A stretch of DNA of 64,000 nucleotides, from contig CAJUNZ010000003.1 of NCBI GenBank assembly GCA_910587755.1, positions 1,908 to 65,907 on the forward strand. Reading direction: 5' to 3'. How positions within the stretch are numbered: position 1 is the stretch's first letter; each line of letters opens with the position of its first letter. Source of the DNA: an uncultured Acetatifactor sp. Lineage in GTDB: Bacteria > Bacillota > Clostridia > Lachnospirales > Lachnospiraceae. A program made the translations under genes and the position numbers. Below the pieces are notes generated by a model. It did no database searches, was not told where the DNA came from, and was given only the letters and a program-made list of their open reading frames with translations. This document shows, in pieces, positions 7,418-16,577 of the stretch.

Positions 7418-7455
7418 AAAAATTCCCATGCAGCCCTTCTAAAGCTGCACAGGAA
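7418..7455 (-). terminator. Terminator-like hairpin in the 5' leader of the cytidylyltransferase operon
   Basis: TTCCTGTGCAGC/GCTGCATGGGAA stem plus TTTTT on the minus strand. Confidence 0.6.
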
Positions 7456-7487
7456 AGTCAAAACACACGGTTCATTTCTATGATAAT

Positions 7488-7516
7488 ATGTTAGCACAGA
7501 GCCCGTGAAAATGCAA
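7488..7516 (-). promoter_or_regulatory. SigA-type promoter
   Basis: TTGCAT-17-TAACAT with TG extension. Confidence 0.55.
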
Positions 7517-7550
7517 GATTTTCTCCTCCAAAAGACATTCAAAATCCCCT

Positions 7551-8828
7551 CTATGGCTGATCTTTTGAGCCGCTTGTCTCACAGGCCCCGGAAAGGCCTT
7601 TGAAAATCTTTCCGGCCCTGACGGCAATCACAAGAGAGACCACCCCTGAAAACAATACAACCGCATACTCAGCCCCCTTACAGACCTCAAATAAAACACC
7701 ATATAAGGCATTCCCCAGAGGCTGTGCGCACATGGCCACGGTAAGGATAAGGGCAATAACCTTACCGATCAGGTTCTGCGGTGTTTCCGCCTGGACAAAT
7801 GACATCATCCGCACCGTAAAGATAGTCGAGAAAAACAGGACGCCAAAACCGCAAAAGGTAATTATGGCATAATTTGCCACTCCGGAGGACAGCAGTTTCA
7901 GTGCAGCTCCCATGGGAAACACACATATCACACAGGCCGTCACCAGATTTCCCGACCTGTGAACCGCCAGCTTTTCTCCAAAAATACCTGCGCAGATCCC
8001 TCCGGCCAGTCCCCCTGCCGCCAGGGCTCCCTCCGCATATCCATAGAGCCTGTTGGCCTGTGAAGCCTCTAAATCCAACACTTCCGTCACCAGATATGGC
8101 AGCGCCACAAGAATCATTGCCGCCAGAAACAGATTGATTCCACATACCACCAGCAGCGCCTTGCCGATAATGGGCTTTTCTCTCCGGACAAAACGGATGC
8201 TCTCTGTAAAATCCCTTCGGGCTGTCTGCAGCAATCCCCCCTCTGAGGCCTGCCTCTGAAAGGGGATCTGAATAAAAATTTCCATCACCGCCGACAGAAT
8301 AAAACAGACCACACACACCCACAGCACGGGCTTCAGCCCATACGCGCTGTATAAAATTCCTCCAAGCACAGGACCTGTGAGCGCCGAGAAAGAGCTTATC
8401 ATATTGATAATGGAGTTGGCCGCCATAAAATTTTCCTGGTCCACCAGCGCCGGTATGCTTGCCTGCACAGATGGCTGATAAGCGCCCGCAATGCCGTACA
8501 GCAGCATCAGCGTGACGGTGAGAAGTCCAATGAGATTGTCCCCATTCATCACCAGGATAAAGACCAGTATCACCGCCGCCGTAAAAAAGTCCAGCGCCAC
8601 CATAATATTTCTTTTATTCACCCTGTCCGCCACGATACCGCCCAGGGGTGACAGCAGGATGGCAGGAAGAAAAGCACATGCCGTGACAGTTCCATAAAGC
8701 GCCGATGATCCTGTTAAATTCAGCAGATACAGCGGCAGCGCAAATCTTATGGCTGCATTGCCGAAAAGCGAGATAATCTGGCCTGCGACAACCAGTGTAA
8801 AATCCTTTGAAAACAGCTTATTTCCCAA
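7551..8828 (-). CDS. MFS transporter
   Basis: About 12 hydrophobic segments; GGIVADRVNKR motif A; TTG start with GGAGG SD. Confidence 0.93.
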   Translation of the reverse strand: MGNKLFSKDFTLVVAGQIISLFGNAAIRFALPLYLLNLTGSSALYGTVTACAFLPAILLSPLGGIVADRVNKRNIMVALDFFTAAVILVFILVMNGDNLIGLLTVTLMLLYGIAGAYQPSVQASIPALVDQENFMAANSIINMISSFSALTGPVLGGILYSAYGLKPVLWVCVVCFILSAVMEIFIQIPFQRQASEGGLLQTARRDFTESIRFVRREKPIIGKALLVVCGINLFLAAMILVALPYLVTEVLDLEASQANRLYGYAEGALAAGGLAGGICAGIFGEKLAVHRSGNLVTACVICVFPMGAALKLLSSGVANYAIITFCGFGVLFFSTIFTVRMMSFVQAETPQNLIGKVIALILTVAMCAQPLGNALYGVLFEVCKGAEYAVVLFSGVVSLVIAVRAGKIFKGLSGACETSGSKDQP

Positions 8829-8947
8829 CTTCTAAACCTCCATTTCTGTGATTTCAGCCGCCAAAAAATACCCCAAAAAACCGGCAGCTACAGTGAAAAT
8901 CAACCCCATTGCCAGCAGAATCCGCATTCTGCATAAAACCTCCTTTC

Positions 8948-8966
8948 CATACCGAACGATGGTATG
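8948..8966. promoter_or_regulatory. Putative TetR operator
   Basis: CATACC-N7-GGTATG palindrome; near-copy at 9728-9746. Confidence 0.7.
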
Positions 8967-8982
8967 TATAATGTTCTAAAAA

Positions 8983-9005
8983 TATCTGCCCAAAAAAGGG
9001 CAGAT
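8983..9005 (-). terminator. Hairpin terminator after tetR
   Basis: ATCTGCCC/GGGCAGAT stem followed by ATTTTT on the minus strand. Confidence 0.6.
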
Positions 9006-9030
9006 TCTCAAATCCAAGATCCTGAACTTT

Positions 9031-9693
9031 TCATTTACTTTTCCGATAGATGGCGGTCAGCTCCTGGAGCCTCTCCAGCAATTCTTCATCCACGATATCC
9101 AGCCCAAAGCCCCGCAGCATCTGGTCAAACACCATAAATTTATACAAACACTCTTCCTCAGTGCTGTCAAATATCATGGGATTCATCCAGACATTGGCCA
9201 CAAGCAGAATCAGTTCCGCCAGCTGTTTCGGATAGTCCGTCTCAATAGAACCGTCTGCGATCCCCTGTCTGATAATGGGAAAAATATAGTTGGGCGCCGC
9301 TTCCTCCATGGTGTCATAGAGCAGACCAAAGAGAAGTTTTGGGTTGTTGTGAAAATCCGGGGCCACCGTAAAAATCTTATTCTGCACAGGCCTGCTGATT
9401 GACTCTTTAAAAATAGTCTTCAGTTTTTCCTTGCCGTTTAAGTCTGTCCGGTTACAAATATCTGCAAGCATTCCATTGGACTCCGCCGTCATCCTGTCTA
9501 TAACCGCAACCAGAATGTCCTCCTTTGACTTAAAATGATGATAGATGGCCCCTTTGCTGAGCCCCCCCAAATGATCAAGTATGTCCTGGATGGAAGTGTG
9601 CTCATAGCCCTTTTCCATAAACAGACGAAAAGCCACATCCAGTATCAGTTGAACCGTCTCCTCAGGATGCTTATTTCTTGCCACGGTCTCCAC
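9031..9693 (-). CDS. TetR/AcrR family transcriptional regulator
   Basis: LFMEKGYEHTSIQDI...LSKGAIYHHFKSKEDIL helix-turn-helix. Confidence 0.95.
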   Translation of the reverse strand: METVARNKHPEETVQLILDVAFRLFMEKGYEHTSIQDILDHLGGLSKGAIYHHFKSKEDILVAVIDRMTAESNGMLADICNRTDLNGKEKLKTIFKESISRPVQNKIFTVAPDFHNNPKLLFGLLYDTMEEAAPNYIFPIIRQGIADGSIETDYPKQLAELILLVANVWMNPMIFDSTEEECLYKFMVFDQMLRGFGLDIVDEELLERLQELTAIYRKSK

Positions 9694-9720
9694 ACCTCCC
9701 CCTTGCTTCCGGTAGATGTC

Positions 9721-9750
9721 ATCTTATCATACCGTCGGTAGGTTTGTCAA
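9721..9750 (-). promoter_or_regulatory. tetR promoter overlapped by an operator
   Basis: TTGACA-18-TAAGAT with TG extension; CATACC-N7-GGTTTG lies in the spacer. Confidence 0.7.
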
Positions 9751-9783
9751 GGATTTTTTAAAAAGAGCAGCCAAAGCTATTTC

Positions 9784-11532
9784 CTACACATACCACTTGG
9801 CCTGTTCTCTCCAGATCCTGGCGTACTCTCCCTCCCTGGCCAGCAGTTCCTGGTGCTTCCCGCACTCCACCATCCGTCCGTCCTTCATGACAATGATCTT
9901 ATCCGCACTGCGGCAGATTTCCACTCTGTGGGAAATAATCACAGAAGTTCTGTCCTGAATCATCTCCACAAACCGGCTCAGAATCTCATACTCCACCAGT
10001 GGATCCAGGGCGCTGGTGGGTTCATCCAGGACTACAATGGAGCTGCGCTTCCACAGCCCCCGGGCAATGGCAACCTTCTGCCACTCCCCGCCGGAGAGCT
10101 CCTGTCCGCCGAATTCCCTGCCCAGCTGCACATCCAGTCCCCCCACTTTCTCCAGAAATCCTTCCCCGGCCACCTGTGCCAGCAGCTCCTCCATGGCCTT
10201 TGTATCCCCCATGCGCTTCAGACTGCTGATCCCCACATTCTCCCCCAGGGTAAAACGGTAGCGGACAAAATCCTGGGGCACCACGGAGATATGTTCATAC
10301 AGACTTCCCCTCCTTAAGTCCTCCGTCCTCTGTCCGTCATAGGAAATACTTCCCCGGGAGGGCAGATAGGCGCCTGTGAGCAGCTTGGAGAAGGTGGTCT
10401 TTCCGGAACCATTCTCTCCCACTACCACCACATGCTCTCCTTTTTTGATCTCACAGGTCAGCCCGTCCAAAGCCTCCCCGGCTGCCCCGCTGTAGCGAAA
10501 ATGTACATCCTGCACCGCAATTTTCTCCTCAAAAGGACGGTACTCCAGATCCCCCTCCACCTCTGTGGGAATGGTAAAATAATCATAATAGTCCTCCACC
10601 ATGCGGTAAGTGTGAACGGCATTGAATACCATGGCAATCAGCATCTGAATGCTGGCATCGTAGGCAGAAAAAGCAGCCAGGCAGGCGGCAAAAGCCCCCA
10701 CTGAGATCCGTCCCCCTGCCATTAAAAAGAAGGCCACACCTATATTTACGACATAGCAGACGCTCATGACTATAATCCCCCACACCTGCTTCCTTCTCAC
10801 ATCCAGTTCCGTCTCCTGAAACTCCTTAAGCCTGGCCCTGTTGGCCTCCTCCCACCGCTGGGTCACATGCCCCTCAAAGCCCATAACCCGCATCTCTTTC
10901 ACCGTCTCCCTGTTGGCAAAAAGCCCCCGCAAATACTGACAGCGGCGCAGCACAGGACTTTGGCCCCGGCGAAATGATGTAATCTTCTTCTCAAAATATA
11001 TCTTGGTTGACAGGGCCGGAAGCAGCGCCAGCAGCCCCGTGACCACCAGCACTGGGGAATACCTCCCCACCACCATCATCATACCCCCACAGGTGGCCAG
11101 TTTTCTAAGGGCCAGATTCACCTGCTCAAAGAAGATAAACTGGCTGTTCTCTCCTCCCTCCGCCCTGTGAAATTTATCCAGCGTATCCGGATCTTCCAGG
11201 GCCTCCAGACGGATTTTAGCAGAAAAAACTGCCAGTCTGCTGCCAAAATATTTCTTGCCCAGCACCCTTGCCCTCTTGGAGGACGCGCGGAAAAACACCT
11301 CCAGAACCGGCCCGCATGCCAGGGCCAGACCATACAGTCCAATAACGGCCGCCAGCTCCTTCCCTCCCTGTCCTTCCCCTGCCAGCTCCAGAATTCGGGC
11401 CAACAGCAGGGGCACAAATACCTCACATGCCGTTCCCGTTCCGTCCAGCAGATAGGTCAGCACAAAAAACCTGGGAAACGCTCTGTAACAGTCCTGAAAT
11501 GTATATCCTATATAGCGAACTGCCTTCTTCAT
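9784..11532 (-). CDS. ABC exporter, fused permease/ATPase
   Basis: N-terminal TM domain; GENGSGKT, LSGGEWQK, LDEPT. Confidence 0.95.
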   Translation of the reverse strand: MKKAVRYIGYTFQDCYRAFPRFFVLTYLLDGTGTACEVFVPLLLARILELAGEGQGGKELAAVIGLYGLALACGPVLEVFFRASSKRARVLGKKYFGSRLAVFSAKIRLEALEDPDTLDKFHRAEGGENSQFIFFEQVNLALRKLATCGGMMMVVGRYSPVLVVTGLLALLPALSTKIYFEKKITSFRRGQSPVLRRCQYLRGLFANRETVKEMRVMGFEGHVTQRWEEANRARLKEFQETELDVRRKQVWGIIVMSVCYVVNIGVAFFLMAGGRISVGAFAACLAAFSAYDASIQMLIAMVFNAVHTYRMVEDYYDYFTIPTEVEGDLEYRPFEEKIAVQDVHFRYSGAAGEALDGLTCEIKKGEHVVVVGENGSGKTTFSKLLTGAYLPSRGSISYDGQRTEDLRRGSLYEHISVVPQDFVRYRFTLGENVGISSLKRMGDTKAMEELLAQVAGEGFLEKVGGLDVQLGREFGGQELSGGEWQKVAIARGLWKRSSIVVLDEPTSALDPLVEYEILSRFVEMIQDRTSVIISHRVEICRSADKIIVMKDGRMVECGKHQELLAREGEYARIWREQAKWYV

Positions 11533-13442
11533 TTTCTCCCCCTTTCCGCCCCTGCTTCCAGGCCGTTTGCCATCTCCCCGGGCACAGATTCACCCTCCCC
11601 CGGGGCGTCCTTTCCCTCCTGATAGAAAGAGCTCTGAACCAGGTACATGGTCCGGTACAGCCCCTGTTGTGCCATCAGCTCCTCGTGGCTTCCTGTCTGT
11701 ACCACTCTGCCTCCGTCCAAAACCAGGATCTTGTCGGCCATCCTGGCGCTGGCAAGCCTGTGGGAGATCAAAATGGTTCCCCTCTCCCTGAAGATCCTTG
11801 CAAAATTCTCATACATATGGCTCTCCGCCAGAGGGTCCAGGGAGGCCGTGGGCTCATCCAGCACCACATACCGGGCCTGGGACACAAATGCTCTTGCCAT
11901 AGCCACCCGCTGCCACTGACCTTTGGAAAGATCCTGGCCATCCTCCTCCAGTTTTCCCAGGTTCCGGTCCAGCCCCTTCTCCCGGGACATTCCTTCCTCC
12001 CGGGACATTCCTTCCTCCCGGGACAGGGCAAGCTCCTCCCCGCCCGCAAGCCGCAGCGCCTCCAGAAGCCTTTTATCATCCCAAAGAGCCTCCAGGCACC
12101 CAAACGCCACATTCTCCCGCAGCGTCAGCTGATAGGCCTGAAAATCCTGAAACACCACGGACAGACATCGGATGCGCAGTCCCGGCGACAGTTCCCGCAC
12201 AGGCACACCCCCTATGGTCACACTCCCCGACGTGGGCTCGTACAGGCCGCAGAGCAGCTTCACCACCGTGGACTTCCCCGCGCCGTTCTCCCCCACAAAG
12301 GCAGTCCTCTCCCCCTCCTTAATATAGAAAGTAACATTCTTCAAGATATCCCGCTCCGTGCCCGGATAGCGGAAGGACACATTTTCAAACCCAATGTCAT
12401 AGTGGGGCAGGGTTTCCACACTTCCCAGATCCCCCCTGGTCTCCAGTTTCAGAAAATCCATGTAATAACTGATTTCCATGGCGCTGCCCATAAGCCATGT
12501 CATTTGCCGGCTGCTGTCGTGGAGACTGCTGCCGATGCCCGACACTGCGTTCAGCGCCGCGGCAAACTGGCCCAGGGTCAGACTGCCTCCCAGAAGCCCC
12601 GCCGCAGCCATGCACACCACAAAAACCAGGTAGACCACATTCAAAAGCCTGCTGGCCACGTCCACCTTCATCACACTGGCATTCTCCTTCATGGCGATAT
12701 CCACGTATTCCCCGCTGCTGCGCTCCCACTTTTCCAGAAAAAGCGCCTTTGCGTCAAAAAGCTTCATCTCATACATGGCATGCTTGTCGGTGAGCAGTCG
12801 TTTCAGATCCCCCATTCTCCGCCTGGCGTCCGCCGATTCCTCTGTCAGAACCACACTGTACCCTGCGGCATAGTATCCCAGAGCCATCATGGGAATCCCC
12901 ACCAGCACAATCCCCAGGCCGATCCAGGGGGAGATGGAGAAAATCACCGCCATGGAAGAGGCCAGAGTGATGGTTTTCTGAATCAGGAAAAAAGTGCTCA
13001 TACTGCAGTTATAGATCCCGTTTTCCGGTTCCCCGGACATCTTCTGGAACAGTTCCTGGGTCTCCTTGGCCTCAAAAGAAGCGTACTCCAGCTCTGTAAG
13101 CCTTCTGGCAATGTCCGGAGCCATCCTCTCCTTAAGTTTCATGCTCACCAGATCCATCTGGTAAGTCCCAAACCTCTGCATGGTACTGCCCAGAATCAGA
13201 AGCACCAAAAGGAACACTCCCCAGAAAACCAAACTCTCCACCCCCGGCAGACCCTCCTGGAACAATTTCCTGTTCTGTTCCACACACTCCAGTGCGCTGT
13301 CCACAATGCGCTGCAGCACCAGAACCTGCAGGCCCGCAAACGCCGCCGGCACAAAAAAGCACACAGCCGCAGTCAGAGTATGCAGCGGCACATAGTGAAA
13401 GATTGTTTTCAGGCAGAACAGGCAGTTTTTGACAGCCCTCAT
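11529..13442 (-). CDS. ABC exporter, fused permease/ATPase (heterodimer partner)
   Basis: GENGAGKS, LSKGQWQR, LDEPT; 4-bp overlap with the next gene. Confidence 0.95.
   Translation of the reverse strand: MRAVKNCLFCLKTIFHYVPLHTLTAAVCFFVPAAFAGLQVLVLQRIVDSALECVEQNRKLFQEGLPGVESLVFWGVFLLVLLILGSTMQRFGTYQMDLVSMKLKERMAPDIARRLTELEYASFEAKETQELFQKMSGEPENGIYNCSMSTFFLIQKTITLASSMAVIFSISPWIGLGIVLVGIPMMALGYYAAGYSVVLTEESADARRRMGDLKRLLTDKHAMYEMKLFDAKALFLEKWERSSGEYVDIAMKENASVMKVDVASRLLNVVYLVFVVCMAAAGLLGGSLTLGQFAAALNAVSGIGSSLHDSSRQMTWLMGSAMEISYYMDFLKLETRGDLGSVETLPHYDIGFENVSFRYPGTERDILKNVTFYIKEGERTAFVGENGAGKSTVVKLLCGLYEPTSGSVTIGGVPVRELSPGLRIRCLSVVFQDFQAYQLTLRENVAFGCLEALWDDKRLLEALRLAGGEELALSREEGMSREEGMSREKGLDRNLGKLEEDGQDLSKGQWQRVAMARAFVSQARYVVLDEPTASLDPLAESHMYENFARIFRERGTILISHRLASARMADKILVLDGGRVVQTGSHEELMAQQGLYRTMYLVQSSFYQEGKDAPGEGESVPGEMANGLEAGAERGRK
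11980..12025. repeat. In-frame 18-bp tandem repeat (2.5 copies; SREEGM)
   Basis: tcccgggacattccttcc x2 plus tcccgggaca. Confidence 0.9.
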
Positions 13443-13623
13443 CTCCACACCTCCAAAATTATCCGGCCCGCGGCTGGTCCTTCTGTCCCCAGGCCAGATT
13501 CTATGATAAACATTATGATAAAGGAAAATCCGGGAAAAATTTCAGAATTGTATGATTTGACACCTTTTTTGTCACTTTCAGCGTTCAGCCGTCGCTGCGT
13601 CCGCCGCTTTCCAGGTGAAACTC

Positions 13624-14817
13624 TCACAGGTTATTTCCGAGCACTTCCCTGGGAAGCCGCACCGCCACTGTAAACTGTCCCCCGCGGCTCTCCACCGCCA
13701 GATCTCCGCCGCAGCCGTGGACAGTGCGCTCCACACTGCGAAGCCCCAGCCCATGGCCCACCTGGTTTCTCCGGTCACGCTTCCGGCTTACGAGTTCTCC
13801 GCCTTTCCGGAAAACAACATTCTCCTCCTCCGCCAGGGAGTTGCGCACTCTGAGAAAAAAGTCCTTTTCCCTCTCCACCCACTCCACGGACAGAAACCTG
13901 CCCTCCCCTGCCCGTCCGGCGGCCTCTATGGCATTGTCAAGCAGATTCCCCAGAAGACTGCAGATCTCGTCCGGCCTCAGGGAAAGCCCTGTCAGATCGC
14001 ACAAAGACAGCTCCACCTGAATCTGCTCTCTCCTTGCCCTGGCAGCCTTGTCCGCCAGCAGCGCATCCACCACCAGATTACCGCTCCTCACCGGCAGAGC
14101 CAGGTTCTCCACATGCTCTCCAAATATGTGCAGATAATCCCTCATCTCCTCATATTTTTGCTCCTGCAGAAGCAGGCTCAGCAGGTCGATATGATTCTTC
14201 AGATCATGCCGCAGTTCCCTTGTGCGCTGGTACTGGGCCTCCACATTTTTCAGATACAGTTCCGCCCGGTGCCGGCCGGCCTCCTCCTCCGTCTTTATCC
14301 TCTCTGCCCGCAGCTTCTTTCTATATAAAAAGTACAAGGCATTGTGCAGAAGCAGCACTCCCAGAAGAAAAGTCAGCCACAGGGCCCCGGCAAACCGCGC
14401 CTCTTCCCTGGCGCCAGGCCCTCCTGTCCCTGCGGCCAGACCCCCGGGATACAGGCAGGCCAGGGCAAGCCCCCCGAAAAGCAGATTTCCCCCCAGGGCA
14501 AGCCCATGGGGATAAGACCATCCCTCCCTCTCCGGCTCCCTTCTCACCGTCTCCGCCGCCAAAAGTCCCGCTGCCAGAATGCTCTTGGAGACAAATATCC
14601 CCAGGACCATCTCCCCCATGCCTCCCAGAATCCGTCCCTGATACAGGTCTCCCATGGTCTCCATAATCAGAGAAAAAATGCTGTCCAGGTAAAAGGCCGC
14701 CACAAAGAAACCTGTCCCCGCTACAGCCGCCCCCACCTGGCCATACTGTCTCTGTCTGGATACAAAAAAGAAAGTAAACAAGCCGGTCACGCCAAGACCG
14801 GCCCCCCAAAATATCAT
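13624..14817 (-). CDS. GHKL sensor histidine kinase (AgrC-like)
   Basis: LRHDLKNH H-box, GNLLDNAIEA N-box, GHGLGL G-box, N-terminal TM helices. Start uncertain. Confidence 0.9.
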   Translation of the reverse strand: MIFWGAGLGVTGLFTFFFVSRQRQYGQVGAAVAGTGFFVAAFYLDSIFSLIMETMGDLYQGRILGGMGEMVLGIFVSKSILAAGLLAAETVRREPEREGWSYPHGLALGGNLLFGGLALACLYPGGLAAGTGGPGAREEARFAGALWLTFLLGVLLLHNALYFLYRKKLRAERIKTEEEAGRHRAELYLKNVEAQYQRTRELRHDLKNHIDLLSLLLQEQKYEEMRDYLHIFGEHVENLALPVRSGNLVVDALLADKAARARREQIQVELSLCDLTGLSLRPDEICSLLGNLLDNAIEAAGRAGEGRFLSVEWVEREKDFFLRVRNSLAEEENVVFRKGGELVSRKRDRRNQVGHGLGLRSVERTVHGCGGDLAVESRGGQFTVAVRLPREVLGNNL

Positions 14818-14899
14818 CTCCGCCCACCTGCCTCCCCAATGCCATTTCAACCGATTCCCGCCGCCCAGCCCGCGCCGGCCACTCCCGCAGACTACTCTG

Positions 14900-15598
14900 C
14901 TACCGCATCTCCAACAGCAGCCTTTTTTTCACGTTTCTCCCATAAGAACGGCTCACCGGAATCTCCACGCCCCCCTGCAGCACAATCTGGCTGCCTGAAA
15001 AGCTCACAACCTGCCCTATATTTACCAGAAAACTCCTGTGGCACCGCAGGAAGCCCTCCCCCAAATCCTCCTGAATCTTGTCCAGGCTGCCGTAAAAACG
15101 GTACTCCCCCTCCGGAGATACCAGTCTGAGAGTTCTGACACTGCTCTCCAGATACAGAATCTTCCTCCTGTCCAGGCACACGGTCTCTCCTCCCATCCGG
15201 AAAGAAAATTCCTCCCCTTCCAGCTCCTGCCGGATATCCCTCAGCACCCGGGGCAGCATCTGCTCTATCTGGCTCTTGAGCAGATAGCGGAAAGCCTTCA
15301 CCTCATACCCCAGCTGCACATAGTCCATAAACCCTGTCACATAGACAATCAGTCCGTCCTGTCCCCGCCTGCGCAGCTCCCGGCCCAGGCGGATGCCGTC
15401 GTCCCCACCCTGTTCCATCTGCACATCCAGAAAAAAGACGTCTGCGTATTCCCCCCGGTCCAATGCCTCCAGAAGCTCCCTTCCGCCGCCGTACTCGGCC
15501 ACTTCCACTTCATAGTCATGGACAAAACCATCCTGCAGTATCTTGTCATATATCAGCCTCCTGTACCCAGGCTCATCGTCACACAGGACAACCCGCAT
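14900..15598 (-). CDS. LytTR family response regulator
   Basis: MRVVLCDD, FLDVQM receiver domain; FLRCHRSFLVN...IPVSR LytTR domain. Confidence 0.95.
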   Translation of the reverse strand: MRVVLCDDEPGYRRLIYDKILQDGFVHDYEVEVAEYGGGRELLEALDRGEYADVFFLDVQMEQGGDDGIRLGRELRRRGQDGLIVYVTGFMDYVQLGYEVKAFRYLLKSQIEQMLPRVLRDIRQELEGEEFSFRMGGETVCLDRRKILYLESSVRTLRLVSPEGEYRFYGSLDKIQEDLGEGFLRCHRSFLVNIGQVVSFSGSQIVLQGGVEIPVSRSYGRNVKKRLLLEMR

Positions 15599-15883
15599 TC
15601 CCCCATCCCCTCTTTCCGCCTGCCCTTCCAGGCGCCGCCATAATGCCCCCAAAGCGCTCCAGGCTGCAAAATAAAAATCTGCTCTTATGATAACCCCTGC
15701 CAAAAGAAATGGCAACCCTGAAAAGCACAGCATTTTATTGCCATTGCATCGCGAATGGGTGTCGGACAGATCATCTCCCGCCATTTTTGATTTAGGTATA
15801 AAAATCCTGTATTTACAAATAATAGTGTTACGCTTAATCCTGCATTCCCTGGAAGCATTCCGTTTCACAGTGCCAGGTGCAGA

Positions 15884-15913
15884 GAATACAGGGCATCCGT
15901 TATGAGTATACTA
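15884..15913 (+). promoter_or_regulatory. Possible forespore SigG/SigF promoter of spoVT
   Basis: GAATA-N18-TATACTA. Confidence 0.45.
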
Positions 15914-15939
15914 AGATTTGCAAATGGAGGAAAATTTTT

Positions 15940-16485
15940 ATGAAAGCAACAGGAATTGTTCGACGTATAGATGATCTGGGACGCATTGTCATTCCCAAGG
16001 AGATCCGCAGGACGCTGCACATCAGAGAATCGGATCCTCTGGAGATCTTCACAGACAGGGAGGGCCAGGTCATCCTGAAAAAATATTCTCCCATTGGAGA
16101 GATGACCACCTTCGCCAGACAGTATGCGGAAAGCCTGGCACAGGTCTCCGGCCATGCGGCTCTGATTGCAGACCGGGACCAGTTCATTGCCGCAGCGGGA
16201 GGATACAAGCAGATGCTAAACAAATCCGTCAGCCGCCAGATGGACGAGAAAATACACAACCGGGAAACCATTATGGCCTCGCGGGGGGACAGAAGCTTTA
16301 TCCCCGTCTGCGATGAAGGCGGCGACGAATACCAGCATGAGGCCATCGCCCCCATCCTCTGTGAAGGGGATATCATTGGCAGCGTGGTACTGCTGCAGAA
16401 TGACAACAAAAACCGCATGGGCGAGGTGGAACAGAAACTTCTGCTGTCCGCCGCAGGCTTCCTGGGCAGACAGATGGAACAATAG
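15940..16485 (+). CDS. spoVT: Stage V sporulation protein T
   Basis: MKATGIVRRIDDLGRIVIPKEIRRTL AbrB domain, GAF domain, GFLGRQME end. Confidence 0.97.
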   Translation: MKATGIVRRIDDLGRIVIPKEIRRTLHIRESDPLEIFTDREGQVILKKYSPIGEMTTFARQYAESLAQVSGHAALIADRDQFIAAAGGYKQMLNKSVSRQMDEKIHNRETIMASRGDRSFIPVCDEGGDEYQHEAIAPILCEGDIIGSVVLLQNDNKNRMGEVEQKLLLSAAGFLGRQMEQ

Positions 16486-16577
16486 GCAGACAAAAGCAGA
16501 AGCCAAAAGGGCCGTGACATCAACGATTGAGAAATCACCGATGCCGCGGCCTCTTCTTCTGAAAATTGCCAGTTTTC

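Noticed and set aside
13450..13625. LytTR direct-repeat binding sites upstream of the ABC genes
   Set aside because: Only loose CTG(G)AAA-like words with irregular spacing; not enough to call.
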